From the NCBI RefSeq assembly GCF_028368995.1, contig NZ_JAQNDL010000003.1, forward strand, positions 224,001 through 288,000: DNA of 64,000 nucleotides, written 5' to 3'. Below the pieces are notes generated by a model. It made no database searches and was not told the DNA's origin. It worked only from the letters and a program-made list of their open reading frames with translations. This document shows, piece after piece, positions 19,766-30,877 of the stretch. A program made the position numbers and the translations under genes. Each line of letters opens with the position of its first letter. Within the stretch, counting starts at the first letter, position 1. Source of the DNA: Nannocystis bainbridge. Lineage in GTDB: Bacteria; Myxococcota_A; Polyangia; Nannocystales; Nannocystaceae.

Positions 19766-20368
19766 TCACAACATGACGTCGATCGCAAACACCCCGTAGT
19801 CGGAGGTCGCAGTGCCGGTCACATGAATCGTCCCCGCCCTGCGGCGAATCGTCCCGTCCGGCGCCTCCTCGGTGTCCCCCGTGATGTCGACGTCGAGCGC
19901 GACCACGCCGGCGAGCTCGCCCGTCATCACGAACTCGCCGCTCAAATTGCCCGTCAGCGTGCCGTCCGGCAGGTCGCGCAGCTTCAGATCGAAGGCGGCC
20001 GGCCCGCCGTCGTAGGCGACCTCGACCATGCCCTCGACCGGTCCGTCCGAGTAATCCTCGAGCGTGACCTGCAGATCCATCCCCTTGTTGGCCGACGCAC
20101 CCTGGTCGACCTTGCCGCCGACGATCATCGTCCCCGACAGCGCGCCCGCGGCCGTCTGCTCGGGGATGTTGGCGCTCGAGGCCGCGTTGAAGCCGGCGAA
20201 GCCGAGCTCGATCGCGCGGTCGACCGCGCGGTCGAGCCCCAGGTAGGCGCGCCGCGCCGCCTCCGGGTCGGCCACCCCGACCGCCGGCGGCTGACAACCC
20301 ACCACCAGCCAAGAAAACATCGCGCAGGTCGCGGCGCGCGCGAGGATTCGTCGAGAGAACGAGGGCAT
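19766..20368 (-). CDS. Hypothetical lipoprotein
   Basis: VVGC lipobox, beta-rich body, co-oriented with neighbours. Confidence 0.7.
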   Translation of the reverse strand: MPSFSRRILARAATCAMFSWLVVGCQPPAVGVADPEAARRAYLGLDRAVDRAIELGFAGFNAASSANIPEQTAAGALSGTMIVGGKVDQGASANKGMDLQVTLEDYSDGPVEGMVEVAYDGGPAAFDLKLRDLPDGTLTGNLSGEFVMTGELAGVVALDVDITGDTEEAPDGTIRRRAGTIHVTGTATSDYGVFAIDVML

Positions 20369-20496
20369 GTTCTATTCGCTGGGACAGACCTGTTGGCCGA
20401 GATTCCAAGCGGATCCACCCGCACCCGCTTCGATCTCCAGGGGGTTCCTCTGCATGCGCAGGACACCCGCGTTTCGCCGGCGCCAGCCGCGCCGCC

Positions 20497-21603
20497 TCAG
20501 CCCGGCGGCACGAACCCGTCACACGCCTCGGCGATGCCCGCGATCGCCTCGTGAAAGAACATCTGATAGTTCTCGGCGCAGATCTGGCCCACGCTGCCGT
20601 ATGTGAACAGCTCGGTGAATGCGATGAGGCGCTCGCCGACCTCCGCCGCGTCCTCGCAGGCCGGATCCTTCGGCCCGATCAGCGACAGCACCACCACGTT
20701 CGACTCGACCCCGCCCTTGAGCCCCGTGATCGCCTCGAACCATTGCGGCGGATCGCCGGCCGAGCCCTCCTCCTCCTCGTCGGTGATCAGCACCAGCACC
20801 AGCAGCGCGTCCTCGCGGACGAACTGCTCGTTGCACCCGCCGGGCCCTGCCAGCTCCGGCCCGAGCGCCGCCAGGGCCGCGTCGATCGGCATCTCGTCGC
20901 CGCTGCCGTCGATCCCGACCTGGGCGGCGCAGGTGAAGCGCGTCGGCAGATCGTCGGCCTCGGTCATGAAGCGATGGCCGCTGACGAACGGCCCGCACTC
21001 CGCGTCGCTCGCCCCCTTGGCGCCGGTCGTCTGCGTCACCAGGGCCCCCAGCGTGTCGGCGCAGCCCGGCTCGTTGTGCTCGTAATCGTCGGTCGTGACC
21101 ACGCCGAGGTGCAGGCTCTCGGCGTCGGCGAGCTCTTGCTGGATCTCGCTGACGAACGTCGGGAAGCTGGCCACCAGGTTGACCTGCTCCTGCTTCATGC
21201 TGCTCGAATTGTCGACCACGAACAGCAGATCGATCTTGACGCACGGCTTGTCCGCCTGCGGCTCGCCCGGAGCCGGCGAATCGCCGAGGTCGAACTTCGG
21301 CCCCGAGTCGTCCGGCTCCTCGCCGCCCGCCGGCGCCTCCTCGGGCTCGCCGGGGTCGCCGCTGGAGCCCGTGCTCGCGCCCTCCGGGCCCGTGGAAGCC
21401 GGTTCGGGCGCCTCGCCCGTCGTCGACGACGACGATACGTCGGCCGGGTCCCCCGGTGAGGCCGTCGTCACCGCCCCGAGCGAGCCGCCCGCCGTCGCCG
21501 AGTCCCGCCCGCCGTCGTCCCCGCAGCCCGCGATGAAAAGACCGACGCTCACTGGCGCCACCAGAGCCGCGCGACGGATGAATTGTCGATTGCCACGATT
21601 CAT
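20497..21603 (-). CDS. vWA-like domain lipoprotein (myxobacterial family)
   Basis: IAGC lipobox; KIDLLFVVDNSSSM MIDAS motif; LVLITDEEE. Confidence 0.8.
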   Translation of the reverse strand: MNRGNRQFIRRAALVAPVSVGLFIAGCGDDGGRDSATAGGSLGAVTTASPGDPADVSSSSTTGEAPEPASTGPEGASTGSSGDPGEPEEAPAGGEEPDDSGPKFDLGDSPAPGEPQADKPCVKIDLLFVVDNSSSMKQEQVNLVASFPTFVSEIQQELADAESLHLGVVTTDDYEHNEPGCADTLGALVTQTTGAKGASDAECGPFVSGHRFMTEADDLPTRFTCAAQVGIDGSGDEMPIDAALAALGPELAGPGGCNEQFVREDALLVLVLITDEEEEGSAGDPPQWFEAITGLKGGVESNVVVLSLIGPKDPACEDAAEVGERLIAFTELFTYGSVGQICAENYQMFFHEAIAGIAEACDGFVPPG

Positions 21604-22253
21604 CAGACCACCTCCACTCCCCACAATCCGTCGCGCGCCGTCCCGCGGTCAACGCCGCGGCCTCGACGCCCGGAACGAGACCGCGCCCCGGCCCAATACC
21701 TACATAACTTTTAAGACATGTCCTTTCAGCCATATCCTACCATGCCTCCCGGCGGCGAGCCCGGCCCAGCGGCCCGTCCTCCGCGGCGGCCCGAGCGCTT
21801 GCTTTCGCAGTCCTTGAATGAAGACCACCAAACCTGGACACAAACCCCGCGGAACCTCACTTTGAATCCAGGTTCTCACCGCTCGCTCCGGCGTCGGCGC
21901 GCAACGGCCGCCGGGCGGAGGTTCAATCGATCGCACCCTCGCCCCGCAGAGCCCGCTCCGGCGTGACCGCGACCATCGATCCGCCACGCATTGCACATAC
22001 GACACCGCCCACGGCAGAGGTTCGCCGCCAGCCAGCCCCTGCAGCGCAGGGCCCTCGCCGCAATCACCGGTGAATCACCCTGTCCTCATTCACCGCTGGG
22101 CACTTCCCCGATCTGCGGCTTCGCCCCGGTCCCGCGAAGCTGTCTTTCATCGGCTCCGCGTCACGCTGGCCCGGCCGAGGGGGCCGGACCCCGCTGCGCG
22201 CCCGACCACGATCGCTTGACCTGCGGCCGCGGCCTCCTTCACCCTGGCCCTCC

Positions 22254-23738
22254 ATGCCCGCTCGACCTGCCCGCGCCCGCGAGACCCGGCTCGCCCTCGC
22301 TCGCCTCGCCGCCCTCGCATTGGTGGCAGCGCCCGCGGCCACCGCCCACGCTGCCGTCTGTTATCAGCTGCCCTTCCCCAACCCCAACCTCTCCGACGGC
22401 TGGGGCAGCACCTGTTGCGGGCGGACCAGCCCGCACCGCGGCGTCGACTTTCCCCAGGGTGCCGGCACCCCGATCCCCGCCGTCGCCGACGGCGTCGTCG
22501 TCGTCAATCAGTGGTCCGGCTGCCTCGGCAACGTCGTCGTCCTCCAGCACGGCGACGGCATGTTCTCCGGCTACAGCCACATGATCGCCGGCTCGCCGCT
22601 CGGCATCGGCGCCGCCGTCGGCAGGGGCCAGCAGGTCGGCCAGGTCGGCAACACCGGCAGCTGCTCGCAGGGCGCCCACCTCCACCTCACCATGGCGCCC
22701 GCCGCCAATGGCGTGTTTCAGGGCACCACCGTCGACCCGTACGCCTACATCATCGAGCGCCTCGAATGCAACCTCGCCCCGATCGGCTACCTCGATCAGG
22801 CCGGTTGTGACGACATCGTCGGTTGGTCGCAAGACCCTTCCGCGCCCGACGCCGTCATCCCCACCCACCTCTACTTCGGCGGCCCTGCCGGCGATCCCGC
22901 CGCCGTGGGCATCGCCGTCGACGCCGACGTGACCCGCGACGATCTCTGCATGGCGATCGGCTCGTGCCAGCACGGCTTTCGCATGCCCACGCCCCTGAGC
23001 GTGCAGGACGGCCAGCCGCGCCCCGTGCACGCCTACGGCATCGACACCCAGGGCGGCGCCAACCCCGAGCTCGGCTCGAGCCCGCAGGTGCTCGAGTGTC
23101 CGCTGCCGCAGCTCCGCGGCGTGCGTCGGCGCGTCGCCGACCTCGAAGTGTTCGGCGCCTGGCAGTTCTCCGCCTTCACCGACCTCGTCACCCTCACCGA
23201 CGCCCAGGTCGAGGTCTTCGCGCTCAGCATCGACATCCCCGCCGCGCCGACCCTCGCGCGCGCCGACGACGGCAGCCCCGACGTCTGGCTGCTCGACGGC
23301 GAAGGCCTGCAGCGCCGCCGCCACGTCCCCGACCTCGCCACCGCCGCCGCCTGGCACCTCGCGCTCGACACCGCCGCCCTGTGGCCCGCCGCCGACCTGC
23401 TCGCCCTGGAGGAGGCCCCGCCGCTCGGCGAGCGCCCCACCCTCGTGCGCGGCGATCGTGACACCGTGTGGCTGCTCGACGTCGACCTCGACCCGGCTCC
23501 CGCCGGCACCGGCAGCGACAGCGCCGGCGAGCCGACCACCAGCGACACCGGCACCAGCGGCACCGGCGACGAGCCCGACACCGGCACCAGCACCGGCACC
23601 CCCGGCCCGGCCACCGCTGGCCTCCCGCCCGGCTTCGGCAGCGAGGACGGCTGCGCCTGCACCACCGGTTCGCGCCCCGCCCCCGCCTGGCTCGGCGCCT
23701 TCGTCCTGCTGCTCCTGGCCCGCCGCCGCCGCGCCTGA
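22254..23738 (+). CDS. M23 family peptidase with MYXO-CTERM sorting tail
   Basis: HRGVDF, YSHM, VGNTG, AHLHL; C-terminus GCACTTGSRPAPAWLGAFVLLLLARRRRA. Confidence 0.88.
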   Translation: MPARPARARETRLALARLAALALVAAPAATAHAAVCYQLPFPNPNLSDGWGSTCCGRTSPHRGVDFPQGAGTPIPAVADGVVVVNQWSGCLGNVVVLQHGDGMFSGYSHMIAGSPLGIGAAVGRGQQVGQVGNTGSCSQGAHLHLTMAPAANGVFQGTTVDPYAYIIERLECNLAPIGYLDQAGCDDIVGWSQDPSAPDAVIPTHLYFGGPAGDPAAVGIAVDADVTRDDLCMAIGSCQHGFRMPTPLSVQDGQPRPVHAYGIDTQGGANPELGSSPQVLECPLPQLRGVRRRVADLEVFGAWQFSAFTDLVTLTDAQVEVFALSIDIPAAPTLARADDGSPDVWLLDGEGLQRRRHVPDLATAAAWHLALDTAALWPAADLLALEEAPPLGERPTLVRGDRDTVWLLDVDLDPAPAGTGSDSAGEPTTSDTGTSGTGDEPDTGTSTGTPGPATAGLPPGFGSEDGCACTTGSRPAPAWLGAFVLLLLARRRRA

Positions 23739-23982
23739 GCGGGCCTGCGGCGATCTGTCCCGAAAGACAGCCCGCCACCGCTGCGACCCGAGGCGTTCGC
23801 AAGGCTCCTCGCGCCCGCGACTTCGCGCCGCATTGGGGCCTCCCGAGCAGGAGTGAATGGCCGAGCGCCGACGCCGCTGCGCACGCTCGCCACACCCGAT
23901 GCGATCGGCAGCACGCGCGGCTGCGGGCCCGCGCGCGGGCCATCACTTGCCGCGCTCGCGGCCGTCTGCCAACCTCCGACGC

Positions 23983-24879
23983 ATGCATTGTCTTGGTTTG
24001 AATTATCGTCGCTTCACCCTGCTTGCCTGCGCCCTCGCGCTCGCCTGCGTGCCCAAGGGGCCAGGCGGCGACGACACCACCGCGGCGACCTCCGAGACCT
24101 CCGAGACCTCCGAGACCTCGTCGGCCACCACCACCCTTACCACCACCACCATCACCACGACGGCCCCCACGACCACCGACGCCACCACCGAGACCACCGG
24201 CGGCCCCGAAGCCATGTGTGAAGTCGATGGCAGCGAGAACTACCCCGACGAGGGCATGTTCGCCGTCTTCCCCGAGGGCGACGTCGACGAGCCCTGCACC
24301 CTCGCCAGCGCGCTCGAGGTCGGCAGCGCGCTCGAGCTGACCCTGCAATGCCCCGACTTCGCCGCCCAGTTCGGCGGCGATTTTGTGGTCCGCATCGAGC
24401 ACGGCCCGCGGCCCCAGCCCTCGCCGCCGGCGGGCAGCATCCTCGACGTGTTCGCCACCGGCTTCGACCCCGGCTATCCCTTCACCAGCCACGCCTGGCT
24501 GTCGCTGCGCCACGACGGCGCCTTGCTGTACGCGGTCACCCAGGGCGAGGCGCTGCTGTCCGAGGTCGGCGACCCCGCGGCCTACGAGCCCTTCACGTTC
24601 ACCCGCCTCGACGACTGCCCCTTCGTCGACGGCGTCGACACCGGCGTCGTCGACGCCACCCTGCTCTGCCAGACCATCGCCCGCGCGCACCTGCAGGTGC
24701 TCGTGGGCGGCGACGAGGCGCTCGTGATGTCCGAGGGCGAGACGACCACCGTGCTCGCCGACGCCGTCCCCTACGCCATCGACCTCGTCGCCCTGCGTCG
24801 CCTCAAGGACTGCTACATCGAGCCGCCCGCCGACGACTTCCCCCGCTACGACTTCGCCATCGCCGCCCAGGCCGAGTGA
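23983..24879 (+). CDS. Hypothetical lipoprotein with Thr/Ser-rich stalk
   Basis: LALAC lipobox; TSETSETSET repeat; GC3-rich frame. Confidence 0.75.
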   Translation: MHCLGLNYRRFTLLACALALACVPKGPGGDDTTAATSETSETSETSSATTTLTTTTITTTAPTTTDATTETTGGPEAMCEVDGSENYPDEGMFAVFPEGDVDEPCTLASALEVGSALELTLQCPDFAAQFGGDFVVRIEHGPRPQPSPPAGSILDVFATGFDPGYPFTSHAWLSLRHDGALLYAVTQGEALLSEVGDPAAYEPFTFTRLDDCPFVDGVDTGVVDATLLCQTIARAHLQVLVGGDEALVMSEGETTTVLADAVPYAIDLVALRRLKDCYIEPPADDFPRYDFAIAAQAE

Positions 24880-24906
24880 CCGCGCGGCGCCGCGGCGCCC
24901 TCGTCA

Positions 24907-25017
24907 TCACCTGTCCCTTCGGCCATGCCCCGCGCGCGCCGGAGCGGACCTGTCCGTTGGGACATCCTCACGACCTGTCGTTTACGACATGCCCCGCGGG
25001 GCATGTCCGAAGCGCCA
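24907..25017. repeat. Cluster of 14-bp palindromes TGYCY-N4-RGRCA
   Basis: Units at 24912, 24951, then contiguous 24976 TGTCGTTTACGACA, 24990 TGCCCCGCGGGGCA, 25004 TGTCCGAAGCGCCA. Confidence 0.85.
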
Positions 25018-25191
25018 TTCATTCCAGGATCCGGTCAGCCGTCCGAATTTTGAAAATGAAAGCCAAAGTTGATGCTACCTCACGCATCCCCTACCAGCCT
25101 ACCCGCCCCGGCCCGTTGACCCGTCTTTTTGAAAACTGATATCAACAGCTCGAACGCGAAACCGTGCACCCCTTCGCGTCCGGGGCCCCTC

Positions 25192-26883
25192 ATGATCGTC
25201 CGTTCGACCACCGTCCTCCTCACTGCTGTCGTCTCGCTCGCCGCCTGCGGCGACGACGGGTCCACCAGCGCCAGCGACACCGCGGGCACCACCGACACGA
25301 CGGGCACCACCGACACGACCGGCACCACGGTCACCCCCGGCACCACCGACGACGATCCGACGACGGTCGCGCCGACCACGACCTCGGTCGACACCACCGG
25401 CCCGGACACCACCACTCAGCCGGTCACCTCCACGACCGACGACACCACCACGACCGACGGCACCACCACGCTCGACACCACGAGCGACACCACCACGCTC
25501 GACACCACGAGCGACACCACCGACACCACCGGCGACACCTCGACCTCGACCGGCGCCGTCGACGAGACCCCGCCTTCCGTGACCCTCGCGCGTCCGTTCG
25601 ACAACGTCTACGTGGCCAGTCGGCGGCTCATCCTCACCGGCGAGGCCAGCGACGACCTCGAGGTCGTCGCCGTCGAGCTCGTCGTCAACGGCGAGGCCCC
25701 GGTCGCGCTCCCGATCGGGCCCGGGCCGGTGCTCGAGTTCAGCGCCGACGTCCGCCTCCGCCGCGGCTGGAACTCCCTGCAGTTGATCGCCCGCGACGCG
25801 GCCGACAACACCGGCAGCAGCACGCGCCACGTCCACCTCGGCGTGCCGGTGGCCGCCGGCGGGGCCCACTCGCTCGCGGTCGTCGACGGCGCGGCCTGGG
25901 GCTTCGGCCGCAACAACGAGGGCCAGCTCGGCGCCGGCGACCTCGTCGATCACCACCTCCCCACCGCGATGATGGGCCTCGACGACGCGGTCTCGCTGTC
26001 GGCCAACCTCAACCACTCGCTGGCGGTCCTGCCCGACGGCAGCGTCAAGGTCTGGGGCCGCAACGACGAGGGCCAGCTCGGCCAGCCGCCCCCCGTCGAC
26101 GTCGCGGTCCCGGCGACCCTCGCCGGCCTGCCCGAGGTCGTGCTCGTCGCCGCCGGCCAGCGCCACAGCCTCGCGCTCACCGAGGACGGCCACGTGTGGT
26201 CGTTCGGCTTCAACAACGCCGGCCAGCTCGGCCGCGCCGGCGACTCGCTGCCCGCCGTCGTGCCCGGCCTCGAGGACATCGTCGCCATCGCCGCCGGCGG
26301 CACCTACTCCGCCGCGGTCGACGGCACCGGCGTCGTGTGGGCGTGGGGCAACAACACCGACGGCCAGCTCGGCGACGGCATGACCGTCGACTCACCTGTC
26401 CCCAAGGCCATCTCGATGGTCGACGCCGTGGCCGTCGCCGCCGGCAAGGCCCACACCCTCGCCGTCGCGCCGCTCGGCAGCCTGGCCGCCTGCGGCCTCA
26501 ACGTGTCCGGCCAGCTCGGCGACGGCCTCAGCGCCGACAACGTCCTGCTGCCGGTCGCCGTGCCCGAGTTCGCCGACCTCCTGACCGTCGCCGCCTCCGG
26601 CAACCTGTCGCTCGCGCTCGCCGGCGACGCCCAGCTGTGGGCCTGGGGCCAGAATTTCTCCGGCCAGCTCGGCCTCGGCGACAACGCCGATCGCCCCGCG
26701 CCGACGATCGTGCCCGGCCTGCCGCCCGTGCGGGCGATCGCCGCCGGCCTCGCCCACACCGTCGTGTTCGACGAGAACGGCGGCGTCTGGGCCTGGGGCC
26801 TCAACTCGTTCGGCCAGCTCGGCAAGGGCGACGCCGGCAACCCGACCAACAGCGCCGTGCCGCTGCAGGTCGCCCTGCCCTGA
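25192..26883 (+). CDS. RCC1-repeat lipoprotein with Ig-like domain and Thr-rich stalk
   Basis: LAAC lipobox; seven AAGxxHSLA...WGxNxxGQLG RCC1 repeats. Confidence 0.9.
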   Translation: MIVRSTTVLLTAVVSLAACGDDGSTSASDTAGTTDTTGTTDTTGTTVTPGTTDDDPTTVAPTTTSVDTTGPDTTTQPVTSTTDDTTTTDGTTTLDTTSDTTTLDTTSDTTDTTGDTSTSTGAVDETPPSVTLARPFDNVYVASRRLILTGEASDDLEVVAVELVVNGEAPVALPIGPGPVLEFSADVRLRRGWNSLQLIARDAADNTGSSTRHVHLGVPVAAGGAHSLAVVDGAAWGFGRNNEGQLGAGDLVDHHLPTAMMGLDDAVSLSANLNHSLAVLPDGSVKVWGRNDEGQLGQPPPVDVAVPATLAGLPEVVLVAAGQRHSLALTEDGHVWSFGFNNAGQLGRAGDSLPAVVPGLEDIVAIAAGGTYSAAVDGTGVVWAWGNNTDGQLGDGMTVDSPVPKAISMVDAVAVAAGKAHTLAVAPLGSLAACGLNVSGQLGDGLSADNVLLPVAVPEFADLLTVAASGNLSLALAGDAQLWAWGQNFSGQLGLGDNADRPAPTIVPGLPPVRAIAAGLAHTVVFDENGGVWAWGLNSFGQLGKGDAGNPTNSAVPLQVALP

Positions 26884-27348
26884 TCCGCCGCCGCGGCGCG
26901 AGGCCGGCGGGTCACCGCCGGCCTGCTCCCGTCTCGCCGCGACCACCGGCCGATGCACGCCTCTGCGAGGTCGCGGCCCCGCGCTCCGCGATCGAGCCGA
27001 GCGCGACGCCGCCGTCTCTGCCACATGTCCCGAAGCACAGATGCACGAATCTCCGCCAGCTCCGCATTCGTGCATACGCCACAGTAGGCGCGAGTAAGGC
27101 GAATCGCCTACACGCACCCCGGAATGCGGCGCGCAAATGCCACTGGGCCGCTCTGGCCTCACCGCGTTGCCTCGCGGCCTCACCAGACCGCACGCCCCGA
27201 ATAGACATAGGTCTTTTGGGACATATTCTCGCTCGTGATCGCCAAGAGCGGCGTTCTGCGGCCCGCGCGATCGCCGGGGCGCGCCCACGCCCGCGGCGCC
27301 GGGTGCACGCCCGGCGACGGCCGCGTCCTGGATGATATAGATGCAAGC

Positions 27349-27975
27349 ATGCACAACACCCCGCGCATTCTCGCCCTCCTCGCCCTCCTCGCCCCCGTCG
27401 CCTGCGACGTCGACGACGACACCGCGAACGCCGTCGGCGAGGGCGTCATCGGCATCGGCATCGAATCGACCGAGTTCGCCGAGCTCGACATCGACGAGCT
27501 GACCGACGCGACCGACCCCTCGTTCGCCTGCAGCGACGCCGGCTGGAACTCGTCGTGGGCCACGCTCGAGGACCAGGTGCTCACCCTCGTCAACCAGAAG
27601 CGCGCCGCGGGGGCGGTCTGCGGCGGCGTCACCAAGCCGCCGGTCCCGGCCCTCACCGCCCAGGCCCAGCTGCGCTGCGCCGCCCGCAACCACTCGAAGG
27701 ACATGGGCGACAACAACTTCTTCAGCCACACCGGCTCGAACGGCTCGGCCTTCAGCGCGCGGATCACCGCCGCCGGCTACGTGTGGAAGGCCGCCGGCGA
27801 GAACATCGCCGCCGGCTACGCCACCGCCGCCGCGGTCGTCAACGGCTGGATGACCAGCACCGGCCACTGCAACAACATCATGAACGGCAACTACAAGCAC
27901 CTCGGCATCGGCTACTACAACGCCCCGAGCTCGACCTACAAGCACTACTGGACGCAGGACTTCGGCAAGAACTGA
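27349..27975 (+). CDS. CAP/SCP domain lipoprotein
   Basis: LVNQKR, AARNHSKDM, FFSHTG, GENIAAG, WMTSTGHCNNIM, YWTQDFG. Confidence 0.92.
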   Translation: MHNTPRILALLALLAPVACDVDDDTANAVGEGVIGIGIESTEFAELDIDELTDATDPSFACSDAGWNSSWATLEDQVLTLVNQKRAAGAVCGGVTKPPVPALTAQAQLRCAARNHSKDMGDNNFFSHTGSNGSAFSARITAAGYVWKAAGENIAAGYATAAAVVNGWMTSTGHCNNIMNGNYKHLGIGYYNAPSSTYKHYWTQDFGKN

Positions 27976-28053
27976 GCCCGCCGCGGTCCGCTCTCGGGGC
28001 ATCGCCGTCCACCCGGTGGATCGGCGGTGCCCTCATTCGTCGCCGCGCCGCCC

Positions 28054-29295
28054 TCAGCCGACGTCGAGCTCGATCGTGAAGGTCTGATCGGACCCGGTGA
28101 GGTACTGGTCGTACCACGGCGAATAGGTGCGGACGTGCATCGTCCGCCCGTCGGGCTCGAGCTCGAGCAGGCGCAGGTAACCCTCGCCGCCGAGGTCGCG
28201 GTGCTGATAGTTGGAGAGCATCTGGTGCACCACCCGGCCGTGGTCGTTGACGCTGGCCAGGTAGCCGGAGCCGTCGCCGAGCACGTGGCCGTTGAGCGTG
28301 AGCACGAAGCGGTGCTGGCGGACCAGCTTCTGCCACAGCTCCTCGCCGTCGTTGACCCCGCCCGCCGTGCCGTAGCCGTGCGGGTTGTAGGCCTGCGGGT
28401 GCGCGCTGTCGTTGTGATCGTAGCGGCGGTCGTTGTGGTTGAGGTACGCGTGGGTGACGAGGATCCCGAGCCGCTCCGGGTACAGCGACATCACGTCGTT
28501 GGCCCACGCGATCACCTCGTCGCGCGGGCCCCACTCGAGCAGCAGCGCGACCCATTCGTGGCCCGCGGCGTCGAACAGGTGGAACGTGTTGTCCAGCTTG
28601 CCCGCCTCGTACGACCCGCCGAAGCTAGGCATCAGCTCGCTGTCGTCGAACGAGAACCACTTGTTGAGCAGCGTCTCGCGCGTCGAGGCGTTGCCGTGCG
28701 GCCCGTAGTCGTGGTTGCCGGGGACCACCCCATACGGCACCAGCCCGTCGAGTTCGGCCATCGCCGCGCTGGCCCGCTTCCACTCCGAATCGACGTTGTT
28801 GTGGACCATGTCGCCGAGGTGAAACGCGAAGACGATGTTGCGCTCCACCGCCTTGCGGGCGATCCATTTGGTCTGGGTCGAGAACACGCTGGGGTAGCGC
28901 AGCGAGTAGTACTGCGTATCCGGCAGGACCGCGAAGGTCGTCGAGCCCTCGACGAACAGCGGCAGCGACGGCGGCCCCGGCGGCCCCGGCGGCGGCTCGG
29001 GCTTCGGCTCGCCCGGCGGCAGCGGCCCGTCCGGCATCGTGTTCAGCGAGCAGCCGGCCTTGACCTGGCTGACGAACTCCGCGTCGCGCGTGCTGACCAG
29101 GTCGGCGTCGACCTCATGGTTCGGCCACACCTCGCACGCGCCGCGCGGATCGTCCGCGTCGCCGCCCTCCTCGCCCTCCTCGTCCATCAGCGCCGGCGAA
29201 CCACCGGGATAGTCCTGAAGCATGTCCTGACACGCGACGAGCGACAGGGCGGCGGTGACGAGGCCGAGGTACCCGCGACGAGGAGCATCCACCAT
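28054..29295 (-). CDS. Calcineurin-like metallophosphoesterase lipoprotein
   Basis: LPDTQ, HLGDMV, PGNHDY, THAYL, LNGHV motifs; LVAC lipobox. Confidence 0.9.
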   Translation of the reverse strand: MVDAPRRGYLGLVTAALSLVACQDMLQDYPGGSPALMDEEGEEGGDADDPRGACEVWPNHEVDADLVSTRDAEFVSQVKAGCSLNTMPDGPLPPGEPKPEPPPGPPGPPSLPLFVEGSTTFAVLPDTQYYSLRYPSVFSTQTKWIARKAVERNIVFAFHLGDMVHNNVDSEWKRASAAMAELDGLVPYGVVPGNHDYGPHGNASTRETLLNKWFSFDDSELMPSFGGSYEAGKLDNTFHLFDAAGHEWVALLLEWGPRDEVIAWANDVMSLYPERLGILVTHAYLNHNDRRYDHNDSAHPQAYNPHGYGTAGGVNDGEELWQKLVRQHRFVLTLNGHVLGDGSGYLASVNDHGRVVHQMLSNYQHRDLGGEGYLRLLELEPDGRTMHVRTYSPWYDQYLTGSDQTFTIELDVG

Positions 29296-29638
29296 GTCCC
29301 GATCGTACCGGCAACGCCGCCCGCTCCGCCGCGCGTCCGCTGGGATTCACGCCCTCACGCCTCGCAGACACGCTGTCTCGCGCGACAGGTTACTGTCACG
29401 AGAGGTGCTCGCCGCGGCGATCCTGCGCGACGTCGGCGAGCGTGCGTCGCGACGATCGCCGCGATCGGCGAGCGCTCCCCTCGGCGCTCGTCGACGAAAT
29501 TCTCTCGCGCCCCTCGCTGCCTGACCGCGACGAAAGACGCCGCAGACTGTCTGCATCGATTCGGCGCAGCCGAGGTCGTGCATCGGAGATCTGCGCTCCC
29601 GCCTCGCCGACCGGGCGCTTGCAGCGCCAGCGCGGAAA

Positions 29639-30763
29639 TCAGCTCGCCGGGCTCGCCGGCTCGGTCGGGTTCGCGGGCAAGCCCTCCTCCGGCGGCACCA
29701 CGTAGAGCGTGCGGCTGGGGAACGCGAACTCGTAGCCGAGCCCTCGCATCTCGCGGAGCAGCTCGAGCAGCAGCTGCTGGTGGAGCGCGACGAACACCGA
29801 ATAATCGGCGGTGGTCACCCAGTACACGACCTCGTATTCGATCGCCGATTCGCCGAGGTTGACCAGCGCGGCGCGGTCGAGGCGGACGTGCTCGCGCCGC
29901 TCGACGGCCGCGCGCAGCAGGTCGGGCAGCCGCTCGAGCAGCTCCTGCGGCGTGGTGTAGACGACGCCGATGCGCAGCACGACCCGCCGCTCCTGCATGC
30001 GGGTGAAGTTCTGGATCCGGCTCGACAGCAGGTCGTTGTTCGAGAGCACCAGCTCCTCGCCGCCAGAGGCCGCGAGCACGGTGCTGCGCATCCCGATCCG
30101 CCGCACCGTGCCCGACAGCTGGCCGACCTGGATCGAGTCGCCGGGGGCGAACGGCTTGTCGACGATGATCGAGACCGACGCGAGGATGTCGCTCAGGACC
30201 TTCTGCACCGCCAGCGCGATCGCCACGCCGCCGATGCCGAGGCCGGCCACCAGCGCCGTGATGTCGATGCCCATCGCCGACAGCGCCACCAGCATCACGA
30301 TCGACCAAACGATCACCAGCCCGACCAGGCGCAGCAGCGCCTGGGCGATCGGGGTGACCTGCGGCGACGCGCCCTCGGCGTGCACGTGGCGCGCGAACCG
30401 GCGGTCGACCAGATAGCGCACGATCGTGCTGGCCCAGATCCCGCCCTGGACCATCCCGCCGATGATCAGCGCCACGTGGATCCGGTGGTCCCACCGCTCC
30501 GGCAGGTCGAGCGTCACCGACGCCAGGCGCATGCCGATCAGCGTGAAGAACCACCCGCGCGTGCGCTCGATCAAGGACGCGAGCGTGTCGTCGACGTCCG
30601 ACTCCGTCCGCACCGCGTGCTTGCGCAGCCGCCGGGTCGCCACCCGCCGCACCAGCATCAGCGTCGGCGTCAGCGCCACCAGGATCACCGCCGCGGCCAG
30701 CCACTGCAGGCCCGTAATTCCCAGCCAGGTCCGCTCCAAAAGCGATTCGACAGCCTCTACCAT
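29639..30763 (-). CDS. mscS: Small-conductance mechanosensitive channel
   Basis: LVAGLGIGGVAIALAVQKVLSDI, DKPFAPGD, IGMRST, IQNFTRMQERR, FAFPSRTL. Confidence 0.92.
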   Translation of the reverse strand: MVEAVESLLERTWLGITGLQWLAAAVILVALTPTLMLVRRVATRRLRKHAVRTESDVDDTLASLIERTRGWFFTLIGMRLASVTLDLPERWDHRIHVALIIGGMVQGGIWASTIVRYLVDRRFARHVHAEGASPQVTPIAQALLRLVGLVIVWSIVMLVALSAMGIDITALVAGLGIGGVAIALAVQKVLSDILASVSIIVDKPFAPGDSIQVGQLSGTVRRIGMRSTVLAASGGEELVLSNNDLLSSRIQNFTRMQERRVVLRIGVVYTTPQELLERLPDLLRAAVERREHVRLDRAALVNLGESAIEYEVVYWVTTADYSVFVALHQQLLLELLREMRGLGYEFAFPSRTLYVVPPEEGLPANPTEPASPAS

Positions 30764-30828
30764 GGCGCGGCGAGCATAGCCGAATTCGCCGCGCGCGCCA
30801 CGCCTGCGCGCGTGCGTGAAGCGTCAGA

Positions 30829-30877
30829 GGACATGCCTTTGAGGACATGCCCGAAAGAGCATGCCCGAAGAGACATC
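30829..30877. repeat. Tandem 14-bp palindrome array (3 units) in the divergent mscS/kinase promoter region
   Basis: TGCCTTTGAGGACA TGCCCGAAAGAGCA TGCCCGAAGAGACA from 30834. Confidence 0.85.
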
